From Candidatus Pacearchaeota archaeon (lineage in GTDB: Archaea > Nanobdellota > Nanobdellia > Pacearchaeales > GW2011-AR1), in NCBI GenBank assembly GCA_040879805.1, contig JBBDJP010000001.1, positions 132,173 through 175,703 on the forward strand: a stretch of DNA of 43,531 nucleotides. The letters run 5' to 3'. Each line of letters opens with the position of its first letter. The stretch's first letter is position 1. A model generated the notes under the pieces. It worked only from the letters and a program-made list of their open reading frames with translations, was not told the DNA's origin and did no database searches. Made by a program: the position numbers and the translations under genes. Of this stretch, positions 1-8,867 are shown piece after piece.

Positions 1-376
1 ATGAAGAAAAGCCAACCCAGTGTTTTTCACCTATAAAAGTCGTTGGGACGCCTCTTGCTTGAATTCCGTAAGCACTAGCAACTTCTTGAAATAAAGGTAT
101 GTTTTCAGGATTTTTCCATGTTTCAAATCTTTTTATTTCTATATTATCTCCATATTCTTCAGCCCATTCCTCTAAATAAGGTTTTTGTGTTGAACAATGA
201 GGACAACCGTCTCCCCAAAAGAAATAAATCGTTACTTTATCCGGATCCCCTATTAAATCAGGGTTATCTAAAATAACTTCTCCTGTTACTCCAGAACTAT
301 TTCCAGAGAAAAATAGGAAACCCAGAATAATTATGACCAAGATTCCTATTATAAGATAAATGCTTTTTTTATTCAT
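1..376 (-). CDS. Membrane-anchored thioredoxin/DsbA-like protein (3' partial, runs off window)
   Basis: Manual translation from ATG at 376: MNKKSIYLIIGILVIIILGFLFF...YFFWGDGCPHC...RGVPTTFIG; N-terminal TM, CPHC and cis-Pro GVP motifs; TTTATAAA ~25-33 nt upstream. Confidence 0.85.
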   Translation of the reverse strand, partial: MNKKSIYLIIGILVIIILGFLFFSGNSSGVTGEVILDNPDLIGDPDKVTIYFFWGDGCPHCSTQKPYLEEWAEEYGDNIEIKRFETWKNPENIPLFQEVASAYGIQARGVPTTFIGEKHWVGFSS

Positions 377-423
377 TATAGTATATTGATACTTATCAAT
401 ATTTATAAAGGTTTCTTTTTTGT

Positions 424-1002
424 TCAATTTTTATACAAAAATGATCCCCTAAAATCTTTAACCTTTTCACTTCCATTCATTACAACTATTAATTCAAAAT
501 CATCTCTCCAATCGTCCCAAGAAATTAAAACAATTTCTCCTTCATTGATTTTTTTAAGTGATTCTTCTTTTGTTAAATAAGTTATCTTAGAATTTCTATC
601 AATTAATTTTTTTGTAATATCTTTAGGTAAATACGTATAAATTTTATAATTTTCTAATTGAGAATACTCAACAAATCCTTTTTTATTGGAAACCAAAGTA
701 TACCCTGATTCTAAAATTGTTTCTTTAATATCCTTAGATAACTCAAAACCTTTTGCTTTTCTTCCGATTAATCCTTTATCTATTTCTCCATTATTTAAAG
801 CAAGCAAAACTTCAGATGCAGAATTGAATCTTATTAATTTATAATTTTCTTTTTCAACTAAAATTTCAGTATCTTCTTGCATTGTTGGACAATAACCAAG
901 TTTTATTTCTTGAGAAACAACCTCTCCTGTTAAGGATGGTTTTAATAATAAAAATATTAAAATTAAGATTACTGCTATCAGCATTGTCAATTGTTTTTTC
1001 AT
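424..1002 (-). CDS. Membrane-anchored hypothetical protein, possibly periplasmic-binding-protein-like fold
   Basis: 192 aa ORF; N-terminal TM, IKLGYCPTM and EVLLALNNGEID segments resemble substrate-binding domains. Confidence 0.6.
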   Translation of the reverse strand: MKKQLTMLIAVILILIFLLLKPSLTGEVVSQEIKLGYCPTMQEDTEILVEKENYKLIRFNSASEVLLALNNGEIDKGLIGRKAKGFELSKDIKETILESGYTLVSNKKGFVEYSQLENYKIYTYLPKDITKKLIDRNSKITYLTKEESLKKINEGEIVLISWDDWRDDFELIVVMNGSEKVKDFRGSFLYKN

Positions 1003-1007
1003 TTTTA

Positions 1008-1298
1008 TTAAGAGCAGCAGGGCTTTTTCATCAATTTTTCTTCAGAAAATCCTAGTGCTTTAAGAATATCACAAATCTTTTTATCACGTATAAAATAATA
1101 AACTTTTCTTCCTGATTTTCTTGAATCCAAAATCCCTGCTTTCTTTAAAATATCTAATTGTATTGAAGTAGTTGATTGCGTTCTTTTGATATGGGGAAAT
1201 ATCTCGCACACACATTTTTCTCCATCTAACAAAAACTCAATAATTTTTAATCTTGTCTCATCGGCAAAAGCTTTCAAAATTATAAGTTCATTTTTCAT
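1008..1298 (-). CDS. ArsR/SmtB family transcriptional regulator
   Basis: KAFADETRLKII, EKCVCEI, SQ/HTH region, GRKVYY wing, C-terminal CC; start moved to ATG 1298 because the longer ORF overlaps a tRNA. Confidence 0.9.
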   Translation of the reverse strand: MKNELIILKAFADETRLKIIEFLLDGEKCVCEIFPHIKRTQSTTSIQLDILKKAGILDSRKSGRKVYYFIRDKKICDILKALGFSEEKLMKKPCCS

Positions 1299-1377
1299 GA
1301 TATATTGAAAAGTATCAATTTTATAAAATTTCCTAAAAAAACAACTCTGAAATATTTCTTGGTCTCTACACGTTATA

Positions 1378-1385
1378 TTTAAATA
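1378..1385 (+). promoter_or_regulatory. TATA box of tRNA-Val
   Basis: TTTAAATA 24-31 nt upstream of the tRNA 5' end. Confidence 0.55.
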
Positions 1386-1408
1386 TTTCTTGAAATATCC
1401 TATTTCAA

Positions 1409-1480
1409 GGTCCCGTGGTCTAATGGTATGACGCATCCCTGACTTGGATGAGATCGCAGGTTCGATTCCTGTCGGGACCA
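1409..1480 (+). tRNA. tRNA-Val(GAC)
   Basis: Cloverleaf: GGTCCCG/CGGGACC acceptor, CATCC-CTGACTT-GGATG anticodon arm, GCAGG-TTCGATT-CCTGT T arm; no intron, no encoded CCA. Confidence 0.93.
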
Positions 1481-1753
1481 TTATCTTTTTGAATTTTTCC
1501 CACCTTTTACTTGACCCCAATTTTCCGGAACCTCTTCAAAGGAAAAATGACTTTCATTTAAGTTTGAGATTTTACACAAAACTTCAAATAAATTGAGTGG
1601 AATCTTCCTCCTTTCAACATAATAGTTTTTTAGAGAAGAATATCCCACATTTATCCCTCTATTTATTAATTCTCTTAATGTAGGACAAGCAGTTGCTTCA
1701 AGAACAAGATCAATGAATTCTCTCTGTTTTCCTTTTTCAAATTTTAATTTCAT
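1481..1753 (-). CDS. Small HTH-like hypothetical protein
   Basis: 90 aa; GGTGA SD-like sequence upstream; TLRELINRGINVGYSSLKNYY is HTH-like; ends NWGQVKGGK. Confidence 0.7.
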   Translation of the reverse strand: MKLKFEKGKQREFIDLVLEATACPTLRELINRGINVGYSSLKNYYVERRKIPLNLFEVLCKISNLNESHFSFEEVPENWGQVKGGKNSKR

Positions 1754-1823
1754 TTACTTCACCAAAATAACTGTGACACCAAGATATAAAAACCTTTTTA
1801 AACCATTCTTTCAAAGTTTTATT

Positions 1824-2135
1824 ATGAAAATACCAAAAAAGGTAAATAGATTTTGTCCTTATTGTAATAAAAAAACTGAACAAAAAATAAAAGTGGTTGG
1901 AACGGGATTCAAAAGAGGAACTTTAACGAGAGGATCTAAGTATCGGGCAAAATTAAGAGGTCTTGGAAGAGGAATTGGAAATCTTGGAAAATGGGGATCT
2001 AAACCTGCACAGTCAAAATTCAAAAGAAAATCTAAAACAACTAAAAAAACCAATTTCCTTTACACTTGTGAAGAGTGTGGTAAGGCAAAATACCAAAAAA
2101 AGGGAAAAAGAGCAGGGAGGGTAATACAACAATAA
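1824..2135 (+). CDS. rpl44e: 50S ribosomal protein L44e (eL42)
   Basis: MKIPKKVNRFCPYC...KTTKK...CEECGK zinc ribbon; start adjusted to ATG 1824. Confidence 0.93.
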   Translation: MKIPKKVNRFCPYCNKKTEQKIKVVGTGFKRGTLTRGSKYRAKLRGLGRGIGNLGKWGSKPAQSKFKRKSKTTKKTNFLYTCEECGKAKYQKKGKRAGRVIQQ

Positions 2136-2136
2136 A

Positions 2137-2721
2137 ATGGCACAGGCAAAGAAAAAACAAAAATTCTTCAATGTAGAAATGCCCATTATTGGAAAGGAAA
2201 CTCAACTTTATGGGTATGGTCTTAAGGAGCTTGATGGAAGAACAATTTCTTATGATTTAACTAGGCTTCTTAGAGGAAAGGGAATGATTATAAAATTAAA
2301 TGTTGAAGCCGATGAAGAAAAAGCAGTTGCACATCCAAAAGAGATTAAGATTCTTCCATTCTTCATTAAAAGAATGATGAGAAAAGGAACAAACTATGTT
2401 GAAGATTCTTTCTCTGCTGAATGTAGTGATGCACAAATAAGAATAAAACCACTTCTAATTACGAGGAAAAAAGTTTCTAGGGCTGTTAGAAAAGAATTAA
2501 GAAACCATACAAGAAAAGAATTGACTGAATATATTAAAGACAAAAATGTTGAAGAATTGTTTGATGAAATATTAAAAAATAAAATTCAAAAACCCTTAAG
2601 TTTGAAATTGAAAAAGATTTATCCTCTTTCACTTTGTGAAATCAGAATGTTCAAGATAGAAAAAAGGCTTACGAAACCTAAAGATTCAAAATTGGAGAAA
2701 GTAAAAAATCAGGAAGAATAA
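2137..2721 (+). CDS. rps3ae: 30S ribosomal protein S3Ae (eS1)
   Basis: LDGRTI, IKRMMRKGT, LKKIYPL..CEIR motifs. Confidence 0.88.
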   Translation: MAQAKKKQKFFNVEMPIIGKETQLYGYGLKELDGRTISYDLTRLLRGKGMIIKLNVEADEEKAVAHPKEIKILPFFIKRMMRKGTNYVEDSFSAECSDAQIRIKPLLITRKKVSRAVRKELRNHTRKELTEYIKDKNVEELFDEILKNKIQKPLSLKLKKIYPLSLCEIRMFKIEKRLTKPKDSKLEKVKNQEE

Positions 2722-3203
2722 TGACAATTCAACAAACTCTTGTTTTAATAAAGCCAGATGGCGTCCAAAGAGGTCTTGTAGGTGAGGCAATAAAAAGGTT
2801 TGAACAAAGAGGTTTGAAAATTGTTGGAATAAAGATGGTTGAAGTTGATGGTGACTTTTCAAAAAAACATTATGCTGAATTAGTTAACAAAGAATTCTAT
2901 AAAGGACTTGAAGAATATATAACTTCTGGGCCTGTAATTGCGATAGTAATTGAAGGTGTTGATGCTATCGAAAATGTTAGAAAAATTGTTGGAACAACTG
3001 AATCTAAATCTGCTCAACCTGGAACGATTAGGGGTGATTTTTCACACATTTCTTACGCATATGCAGATAAGAAAAAGATCGCTGTCAAAAACTTAATCCA
3101 TGCTTCAGGAAATGAAAGTGATGCAAAAAGAGAGCTAGGACTCTGGTTCTCTGTAGATGAACTACATGATTATAAGCGTGCTGAAGAAGAACATGTTTTT
3201 TAA
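2721..3203 (+). CDS. ndk: Nucleoside diphosphate kinase
   Basis: TLVLIKPDGVQRGL, PGTIRGDF, NLIHAS catalytic His. Confidence 0.97.
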   Translation: MTIQQTLVLIKPDGVQRGLVGEAIKRFEQRGLKIVGIKMVEVDGDFSKKHYAELVNKEFYKGLEEYITSGPVIAIVIEGVDAIENVRKIVGTTESKSAQPGTIRGDFSHISYAYADKKKIAVKNLIHASGNESDAKRELGLWFSVDELHDYKRAEEEHVF

Positions 3204-3248
3204 TGACAACACAATTCTTTTAAACTAATTCTGCCCCTTAAATTTAGC

Positions 3249-3320
3249 GCCTGTGTAGCTCAGTGGTAGAGCGGCTGCCTTGTAAGCAGTAGGTCGGGGG
3301 TTCAACTCCCTCCACAGGCT
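3249..3320 (+). tRNA. tRNA-Thr(TGT)
   Basis: GCCTGTG/CACAGGC acceptor, GCTGC-CTTGTAA-GCAGT anticodon arm, GGGGG-TTCAACT-CCCTC T arm, U73. Confidence 0.95.
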
Positions 3321-3326
3321 TTTTTT
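3320..3326 (+). terminator. Oligo-T archaeal terminator after tRNA-Thr
   Basis: T7 run directly at the tRNA 3' end. Confidence 0.45.
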
Positions 3327-3335
3327 GCAGTAAAT

Positions 3336-3890
3336 CTATTCTTCAACCTCTTCAGCCTTACCGTCTTCAATTAAAATCTTAGCAATATTTCTAGAAATGT
3401 TTGCAACCTGGCCTTTTTCAAAAGGACCTATTGTCTGACCTTCAGAATCTAAAAGCTCTTTTACATCTTCCTTAAAAACAATTAACTCATTCTTAGATTG
3501 TGAATCTTTTTTTCCATTCATGAGTTCATTAACTCTCTTATCTGAAATTTCAATATTCTTCATTATCTCTTCAAATAATTCTTTTTCAAAAGTAAGCATG
3601 TTCTCAAAATCTTTCTTAGAGATTCCAGTTTCAGAAGCAATAAGAACAAGATGTAAAATTTTTTTCCTTCTACGAGTCATCAATTCTCTAAAAAGAGTTA
3701 CTGCATTTTCAAGTTGTTTTTTTGTTTTTGCAATCATGTCTGAAAAAACATCATCATTTTTAAGAGAAAGCTGTCTTTTTTCACTCAAATATTCAGAAAC
3801 ATCTAGTATAAAATTTTTATTCAATGGTTGCAACTGATCAGAATATCTTTCCTTCCGTGCAGCCTCATATAAATCATTATAAGTTATCAT
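3336..3890 (-). CDS. GINS complex subunit (Gins51-type)
   Basis: LYEAARKER..LQPL, RRRKKI helical A domain; C-terminal GPFEKGQVANI...ILIEDGKA B domain. Confidence 0.85.
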   Translation of the reverse strand: MITYNDLYEAARKERYSDQLQPLNKNFILDVSEYLSEKRQLSLKNDDVFSDMIAKTKKQLENAVTLFRELMTRRRKKILHLVLIASETGISKKDFENMLTFEKELFEEIMKNIEISDKRVNELMNGKKDSQSKNELIVFKEDVKELLDSEGQTIGPFEKGQVANISRNIAKILIEDGKAEEVEE

Positions 3891-3891
3891 C

Positions 3892-4539
3892 TTAATTTTT
3901 TAAGTCAATTCTATTTTTTAAATAATCAGGAATTTCAAATTTTTTAAATTCTTCAAAAAAGTTTTTTCCATAAATCAATCTTGAAAAACATTCTACAGTT
4001 AATTTACAATCTTCTAAGGCATTGTGTGGTTTTCCATCTTTTATAACATCTCCATCTCCCATAATTATTCTTTCTTCTTTTAATCCACAAAAAGTTAAAG
4101 TATTTGACAACCCCATATCACTATGATCTTCTTTTATTAAAAAATTTCCTTTAATTTCTTTATATTTTGTTTGAGCTATAGAATGTAAATCAAAGCTACG
4201 ATGATGAAAAGGATTCTTCAATCCATATTTTTCTATCCTTACTTTGAACCATCCAACATCAAACTGAGGATTTTGACAGATAAAATTTTTTACCTTTCTT
4301 TTTTCAAGCCAAGAAACAAAACTCTCGAACATTTCTTTTTGAGACTGTTTATTAGAATCTCTTAATTCCTCTTCATTTTTTCCAGTAACCTTTAAGGCTC
4401 CTTCTTGAACAATGTCATCCACATCAATTTGAGCCTCTTCTAAAAATTCTTCTCCAGTTTGCAAATCAATCGCCCCTATCTGCCAAACTCCTGAACTAAC
4501 TAAATCAAGGCCACTAGTCTCAAAATCCATCACTATCAT
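3892..4539 (-). CDS. DEDDh 3'-5' exonuclease (DnaQ/RNase T family)
   Basis: ExoI DFETSG, ExoII QNPQFD, ExoIII HNALED. Confidence 0.9.
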   Translation of the reverse strand: MIVMDFETSGLDLVSSGVWQIGAIDLQTGEEFLEEAQIDVDDIVQEGALKVTGKNEEELRDSNKQSQKEMFESFVSWLEKRKVKNFICQNPQFDVGWFKVRIEKYGLKNPFHHRSFDLHSIAQTKYKEIKGNFLIKEDHSDMGLSNTLTFCGLKEERIIMGDGDVIKDGKPHNALEDCKLTVECFSRLIYGKNFFEEFKKFEIPDYLKNRIDLKN

Positions 4540-4588
4540 AAGAATAACAAAACAACCCTCGTTTTTAACAATTACTATATCAAAAGAC

Positions 4589-5929
4589 TTATTTCAAAAA
4601 CCCAACTTTAGAAAGAAGTTCATTCCCCATTATTCTTCCAAGCTTTCCTTTTCTTGCATTTTTTTCACAAAATTTTACTACTTTTTCTTCAGGATTATCT
4701 GGATTCAAAGGATTTTTATTTGAAACAAAGGGAATTTTCCTATTTGCAGCTCTCAAAAAAGACTCTGCTTTATTCTTTGGCTTTGGAGGGCTATCATTGT
4801 AAAAAAGAACTGGAACAGGATCTGCACTATGTGCCTTGAGTTTGCAAGGAGTCGAATGATCTCCCGTAACTACTACTTTTATTCCTTTAGGGGGCACAAA
4901 ATCTCTCAGAAATTTAAATAAAGTTTTGTCAATATATTCTATCATCATCTTTTTTTCAAGAGGTTTATTGTGGTGTCCCGGAATATCTGTTTCTTTAATA
5001 TGTATGTAGGCATAATCTGTATTCTTGTAGTTTTTTTTCAAAACTTTAATTGAGAATTTGCAGGCCTTTTTTAATCCTCTACGAAGATTTTCATAAAGAT
5101 CAATTCCTTTTAAAGGAGGGTACTCAAAAGAAAAATTTTTCATCCCACTAATTTTAGCAAATCCAATTTCCAAAGGCATATATGTCGCTGCAATCCATTT
5201 TCTATAAAACTTCAATTTGGGAGATTCAATTCCAGGACTCCTCATAAGAAGATAGTTGGCAGGCAACAAACCCTTTTTCCTCCTTTCTTCATTAACAGGA
5301 TGTTCATCAAGAACTTCAAATGCTTTATCTAAAAATTCCTTAAGAACATTTACAGTGTATTGGGAATTTTCATCATCATCAAGGGGCTTGAAAGTTTCTA
5401 TCTTATCTATCTCAGTTGATTTTGATCCAACATACGTAGAATCATTTCCTGAAATATTATCTGAAAATCCCCCTCTTAAAACCAAAACCCCTCTATGTTG
5501 AATTGTAGATTTGAACTCAAATTTGCAATGTAATTTTATCTCATTAAGAGCCTTAGAAAGTTCTTCTGCTTCTTTATTTGTAAGGGTTCCACCTGCCCTC
5601 CTATCAAGAATATTTCCTCTTTCTGGAGAACCAATTGTGGCAAAATTTGCTCTCAATGCTAAATCTCCCCTAGTAAGTTTCAAGCCTGCACCTCTTGCTT
5701 CAAGTTGACCTCTAGATACTTCCCTAAAATCATTTCTAAAAATAGAAAGAATTGCTTCATCTGATGAAGGTGAAAAACCAGGTTTCACAGGATACATATA
5801 GCCCATTTCACCTCTAACAGAAAAAAAATCTAAATTTGGTGTTTTAGCTGCTTCTAATGGAGTTTTTCCCTCTAATTGTCGATTTGGAAGATCTCCTAAG
5901 CCATCAAGAATCACAAATATTCCTTTCAT
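4589..5929 (-). CDS. apgM: 2,3-bisphosphoglycerate-independent phosphoglycerate mutase (archaeal type)
   Basis: ILDGLGD, TPLEAAKTPNLD, SSD, DIPGH, TGDHSTP, HSADPVP motifs. Confidence 0.92.
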   Translation of the reverse strand: MKGIFVILDGLGDLPNRQLEGKTPLEAAKTPNLDFFSVRGEMGYMYPVKPGFSPSSDEAILSIFRNDFREVSRGQLEARGAGLKLTRGDLALRANFATIGSPERGNILDRRAGGTLTNKEAEELSKALNEIKLHCKFEFKSTIQHRGVLVLRGGFSDNISGNDSTYVGSKSTEIDKIETFKPLDDDENSQYTVNVLKEFLDKAFEVLDEHPVNEERRKKGLLPANYLLMRSPGIESPKLKFYRKWIAATYMPLEIGFAKISGMKNFSFEYPPLKGIDLYENLRRGLKKACKFSIKVLKKNYKNTDYAYIHIKETDIPGHHNKPLEKKMMIEYIDKTLFKFLRDFVPPKGIKVVVTGDHSTPCKLKAHSADPVPVLFYNDSPPKPKNKAESFLRAANRKIPFVSNKNPLNPDNPEEKVVKFCEKNARKGKLGRIMGNELLSKVGFLK

Positions 5930-5982
5930 AAAAACCTAAAGCATCTTTTATTTATAAGAATTTGTATAGTTTCAATCTAATC

Positions 5983-7131
5983 TCATTTTCTTTTTTTTGT
6001 TGCATCTTTTATTCTTTTAAATGCAATTTCTTTTGCAATTTCCCTAAGAGAAACATTCTTTTTTGCAGCCCTTCTTAAAACAAGGTCCGTATTTTTTACC
6101 AATTTTTTTCTTATCATCTCTTCCATGAAAGATTTCCCTTCTCCAATATACTCTGCATAACTGCTTATAACTCCTCCTGCATTTGCAACAAAATCGGGAA
6201 CTATTAATATTTTCTTGCTGAGTTTTTTTTCAACTTCTTCAGTCATTGGAATATTTGCAGCCTCAACGATTATCTTTGCTTTTACTTTCCCCATATTTTT
6301 TTTGTTTATCACATCAGGCACACCTGCAGGAATTAAAACATCTACCGGCAGCTCAAAAAGTTTTTGTGAAGATATTTTCTTTCCTTTACCATTTACAACA
6401 CTTCCAGTCTTTTTTTTTGTTTTTGACAACTCTTCGTAAGAAATTCCATTAGGATTGTACAAAGCTCCTTTACTATCACTAATTGCAACAATTTTGGCCC
6501 CCTTTTCTTCAAGTTTTTTAAAGGTCACAGAACCCACATTTCCAAAACCATCTATGGCAATTGTTGAACCTTCAATATTTTTATTTAAATGTTTAAGTGC
6601 TGAAACAACTGCGTAAGAAACTCCCATCCCTGTACTTCCTAATTCATGAGGCAATCCGCAAACCTCTTTTCCATGGAATTCCTCACATAATTTTAATGGC
6701 TTCCCTGTTGCAGAGTTAAAGTTTCCGTTTGCTTTGATAAAAATCTCCATCTCTTTTTCAGAAGTGTTGATATCAGGCCCCGGAATATATTCTGAAGGAA
6801 CAAAATTCTTCACTGCCTTGCTAAACGACTCAATATATTTTTTCTTTCTTTTTGAATCTTTTTTTCCATTCCAAATTATTCCACTTTTTCCCCCTCCAAA
6901 AGGCAAATCAGCCAGAGCGCATTTAAGTGTCATTGCTCTGGCAAGCCTAAAAACTTCCTTTGCATTAACACCCTCTGTCATCCTTATTCCACCCTTGGCA
7001 GGACCTAAAGAAGTGTTATCTATCACGACAAATCCCCTCATTCCTGAAACAGGATCGTATAATTCAATAATTTTCTCAGGACCAATACCATCTCTAGAAA
7101 TTTCCTTTTTTTCCAAAACCTCTTTTCTCAT
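5983..7131 (-). CDS. gdhA: Glu/Leu/Phe/Val dehydrogenase (glutamate dehydrogenase-like)
   Basis: GPAKGGIR, GGGKSG, GPDINT, GFGNVG, EAAN, PDFVANAGGV. Confidence 0.9.
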   Translation of the reverse strand: MRKEVLEKKEISRDGIGPEKIIELYDPVSGMRGFVVIDNTSLGPAKGGIRMTEGVNAKEVFRLARAMTLKCALADLPFGGGKSGIIWNGKKDSKRKKKYIESFSKAVKNFVPSEYIPGPDINTSEKEMEIFIKANGNFNSATGKPLKLCEEFHGKEVCGLPHELGSTGMGVSYAVVSALKHLNKNIEGSTIAIDGFGNVGSVTFKKLEEKGAKIVAISDSKGALYNPNGISYEELSKTKKKTGSVVNGKGKKISSQKLFELPVDVLIPAGVPDVINKKNMGKVKAKIIVEAANIPMTEEVEKKLSKKILIVPDFVANAGGVISSYAEYIGEGKSFMEEMIRKKLVKNTDLVLRRAAKKNVSLREIAKEIAFKRIKDATKKRK

Positions 7132-7234
7132 AAAATAACAAGGAAAATCATAATTAAAAATGTTAGGATTTTAAAATTTAAAATATGTTCTGTATCAAGC
7201 AAAAATTTATAATGGTAAATTTTGAATAATTACT

Positions 7235-7549
7235 ATGGAAAACCCTATTGAAAGTTTTGTCCTTTACTTTGAAAGAGAAAGAAATAGAAAAAGAGCAAAA
7301 ATTAGAATATCTCGGAAGGTTGGAGGGATTGACATTTATGCAAGTTCAATTGATAAATTGGCTGAAAAATTTATTAAAAAAGGTTGGAAACTTAATGGGG
7401 AGCCTCTCGAAACCCTAGATGAAAAAGAAAAAACTTTATTTGAAAAATACGGTGAAGACCTCCTAAGAAATTATATTCCTTTTACAAGAAAAGAAATAGA
7501 ACACTTCAGAGAATCTTATAATATAATCTTTGAAGACAGTTTTCTATAA
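7235..7549 (+). CDS. Hypothetical protein
   Basis: 104 aa ORF filling an intergenic gap, TTTATAA ~25 nt upstream; no family recognised. Confidence 0.6.
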   Translation: MENPIESFVLYFERERNRKRAKIRISRKVGGIDIYASSIDKLAEKFIKKGWKLNGEPLETLDEKEKTLFEKYGEDLLRNYIPFTRKEIEHFRESYNIIFEDSFL

Positions 7550-7586
7550 ACACAAACCTTATAATTCTTCCATACTTAATAAATAA

Positions 7587-8681
7587 ATGTTCAAATTTTT
7601 TAAAGAAAAACTCAATAAATGGACTAAGAAAGTCTCAGAAGAAGTTGAAAGTGTTGAGAATAAAAAACCTAAGAAAGATTTTCAGAAAGGGAAGAAAAAA
7701 GAAAGGGAAGAAATTCCTCTTCCAAAGAAATTTAATGTAGGAACACAAAGTTATGAGCCTGACTTAGAAAAACTAAGAGGGGTAAAAGATTTTAAATCAG
7801 AGAAAAAATCTTTTCTAAAAAATATTAAATCTAAAGTTGGCAAGGTCAAAATTTCTGATGAAGAATTTAAATTTTTTGGAGAAGATCTAAGGATGCTTCT
7901 TTTGGAAAATAATGTCGCCTTTGAAGTTTCTGAAAAAATAATAGAAGAATTGGAAGATAGGGTGGTTGGAAAAGAATTTTTGAAAAAAGAGATTGAATCA
8001 GAAATAAAAAATTCTTTAAAAGACATAATGGAAAAATTTCTTATTGAACCATTTGATATTATAGAAAAAATAAAAGAAAAATCAAAAAAACCTTATGTCA
8101 TTTTGTTTGCAGGAGTCAATGGAACTGGAAAAACTACAACTCTTGCAAAAATAGCCAACTTTTTGAAAAAGAAAAAATTTTCTTGTGTATTTGCTGCCGC
8201 AGACACCTTCAGAGCCGCCTCTATTGAACAACTAGAAAAACATGGAGAGAATCTTGGAGTAAAGGTTATTTCTCATGAATACAACTCTGATCCTGCCTCT
8301 GTTGGGTTTGACGCAATAAAATATGCTGAAAAGAATAAAATAGATGTGGTCTTAATTGATACTGCAGGAAGAATGCACACTTCAAAAAATCTTCTTAAAG
8401 AAATCGAAAAAATTGTCAAAGTTTGTAAACCTGATTTAAAGATCTTTATAGGAGAATCTATAACTGGGAATGACTCTGTAGAACAGGCAAAAAATTTCAA
8501 GGAATCAATTGATATGGATGGCATCATTCTTACAAAATCAGATATTGATGAAAAAGGCGGAACTGCACTTTCTTTAGGTTACACCACAAAAAAACCTATT
8601 TTGTTTCTTGGAACAGGACAAGAATATGATAAAATAGAAGTTTTTAGTAAAGATAAATTCTTGAACAAACTAGGTTTTTGA
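7587..8681 (+). CDS. ftsY: SRP receptor FtsY
   Basis: GVNGTGKTTT, DTFRAAS, DTAGR, TKSD, GTGQ. Confidence 0.97.
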   Translation: MFKFFKEKLNKWTKKVSEEVESVENKKPKKDFQKGKKKEREEIPLPKKFNVGTQSYEPDLEKLRGVKDFKSEKKSFLKNIKSKVGKVKISDEEFKFFGEDLRMLLLENNVAFEVSEKIIEELEDRVVGKEFLKKEIESEIKNSLKDIMEKFLIEPFDIIEKIKEKSKKPYVILFAGVNGTGKTTTLAKIANFLKKKKFSCVFAAADTFRAASIEQLEKHGENLGVKVISHEYNSDPASVGFDAIKYAEKNKIDVVLIDTAGRMHTSKNLLKEIEKIVKVCKPDLKIFIGESITGNDSVEQAKNFKESIDMDGIILTKSDIDEKGGTALSLGYTTKKPILFLGTGQEYDKIEVFSKDKFLNKLGF

Positions 8682-8690
8682 TGTTAAAAT

Positions 8691-8780
8691 TTAACAACTA
8701 CAACAATTGTCACAACTTCCACAGTTAGGGCACTTTGATTCAGAACCACAATGAGGACACTTTCCCTTCTTTTTCTTCAT
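8691..8780 (-). CDS. Cys-rich micro-protein, metallothionein/zinc-finger-like (29 aa)
   Basis: Manual translation MKKKKGKCPHCGSESKCPNCGSCDNCCSC*; 8 Cys; own TATA box; below track length cut-off. Confidence 0.75.
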   Translation of the reverse strand: MKKKKGKCPHCGSESKCPNCGSCDNCCSC

Positions 8781-8801
8781 TATAAACTTAAGAAAAGCAT
8801 A

Positions 8802-8809
8802 TATTTAAA
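8802..8809 (-). promoter_or_regulatory. TATA box of Cys-rich micro-ORF
   Basis: TTTAAATA on the minus strand 22-29 nt upstream of ATG 8780, preceded by an A-rich BRE-like tract. Confidence 0.55.
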
Positions 8810-8867
8810 TTTTAGTTTTTAGTCTAATAACCCAAAATTTATTAACCTTCAAGGAACTTCCTAATTT

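Noticed and set aside
1299-1520. N-terminal extension of the ArsR ORF in the track
   Set aside because: It is the antisense reading of tRNA-Val (MVPTGIEPAIS is a typical tRNA shadow); the ArsR domain starts at 1298
1713-1823. Extended start of rpl44e
   Set aside because: Overlaps the divergent gene and promoter; the family N-terminus begins at ATG 1824
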